Shown here piece by piece: positions 62,801 through 64,000 of a stretch of DNA of 64,000 nt. A program made the position numbers and the translations under genes. The notes below the pieces were generated by a model that was not told the origin of the DNA, ran no database searches, and saw only the letters and a list, made by a program, of their open reading frames with translations. Each line of letters opens with the position of its first letter. The stretch's first letter is position 1. Where the stretch lies: NCBI GenBank assembly GCA_964234715.1, contig OZ174276.1, one strand, 5' to 3'. Source of the stretch: Podarcis melisellensis (Eukaryota).

Positions 62801-63004
62801 GCTTGCTCTTCTATGAAGCTCACTGGGTGTGTGGCTTTAGCAAAATTACTCTCACGCCCAAGGATGTTTTCAAACTAGAGTGCTTCTCTGACTTTGCTGG
62901 AAGAAAGGCAGGACACAAATACAACAAATACAAGTTAATCCTGTCAGAAGTCTCCCTGTCATTGAAAGGACAAAGGGCCAAGCTAGAGACACATAAAAAC
63001 TTAC

Positions 63005-63059
63005 CCATACAGAGAGAACGGGAAGATTGAATCAGGTGTTCAAGATTGCCAGTTCCCAT
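63005..63059 (-). CDS. NEURL1B: Candidate alternative first coding exon of NEURL1B (MGTGNLEHLIQSSRSLCM-D...)
   Basis: Strong Kozak context acaATGG at 63059, 18 open codons plus G, then the consensus donor TGG|gtaagt. Phase 1 matches exon 2. Confidence 0.4.
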
Positions 63060-64000
63060 TGTGCATCTGTAATGTTTGGAACCACTAATGAGTCTCCCCA
63101 ATGTGTGGAGAGCTCTCACGCCAACACTGTCTATTCCTAGGGGCTACTGGTGTGGTAAAACACTCCACACAATTAAGGAAAGTCACATAATGAGTTGCTC
63201 CAGTCACAAAGAGGCTATCTCTGGTACCCTCAAACATGCAGTAGGCATAATGTCTACAGTAGTCCTCAAGAAACTGGAGGAGATGGAACTATTGTATGAA
63301 ATTTTTCTACTCCACCGGCCTGTTTTTCCTCTCAGCACTGCACCAGTTCTTCTAAACGATGTACAAATTTATTATTCCTCTGCAGCCAACAGAGTGCATC
63401 TGTTCATAAACAGCATACTATGTAGTCTAAATTAGCACAGCCAATATATAAACTGCTTTTATTTGCTTAATTTCAGTTCTTTTCAATCATCTATTCATCT
63501 TGCAACTCAAAACACCACATCAAACTATTAAAACATAAGCAGAGTGATTTGCCATTTAATATAAAAAAAAGTTAGCTATATGGGGAACTTTATGGAGAAA
63601 CAAGACTTCTACATTACTAATTGTTTTAGAGATTAAATTACTTACTGTAAGCTGGTCTATGTACAGAAAATTATTCAAATTTAGAGCAAAATGCTTCACA
63701 TTTAGGAAACAAACCAAAGCTAATTTTTTTGCCACATTCAACCCACGTGCTAACTTGCTTCTCAGAACCCTATTAGGCAGATGAGCAGAGTCTAATGAGT
63801 CCTGACAGTCATGCAGAAAATTGCATCTCTCTACCTTTGAAAAACACACATACACAAACTGTATGACAAGACTTTTTGGTAAGCACCACACACACAAAAA
63901 CAAAACACCCCAAATGCTCAGTAACTGCAGAAATAAAGTTTAAAGAGCATACAATAAAAATGAATCACACACGACAGTACAACAGTACAAGAAGATCAGG

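Overview
This is vertebrate genomic DNA from a squamate reptile; the Sauria SINE, Squam3-like SINE and MITE repertoire suggests a lacertid lizard. It holds two convergent, intron-containing genes. On the + strand is the 3' half of SH3PXD2B (Tks4, a PX/4xSH3 podosome and NOX-organiser adaptor): seven constitutive coding exons from 4973 to the stop at 20650, then a 3'UTR of about 4.5 kb ending near 25.2 kb. On the - strand is NEURL1B (Neuralized-like 1B, NHR1-NHR2-RING E3 ligase): four coding exons from 43609 to the stop at 34737, then a 3'UTR of about 4.5 kb ending near 30.26 kb. All exon boundaries are AG/GT and the phases join into continuous frames. Most other ORF-track entries are chance ORFs or repeat fragments. 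The most interesting observations are not resolved as such by the ORF track. (1) An 84-nt frame-preserving cassette exon (8901-8984) sits in the SH3-1/SH3-2 linker of Tks4, followed by three TGCATG (RBFOX) elements. (2) A candidate alternative first coding exon of NEURL1B (63005-63059, MGTGNL...) is in frame with exon 2. (3) The SH3PXD2B 3'UTR carries a long hairpin with A-C mismatches, a MITE split by an L2 fragment, and a G-quadruplex motif. (4) NEURL1B intron 1 has CpG-undepleted patches, one rich in GATA/NKX motifs. I found no prokaryote-type system (CRISPR, operon, defence island). Gene and repeat names come from my recollection of the families; no database search was run.
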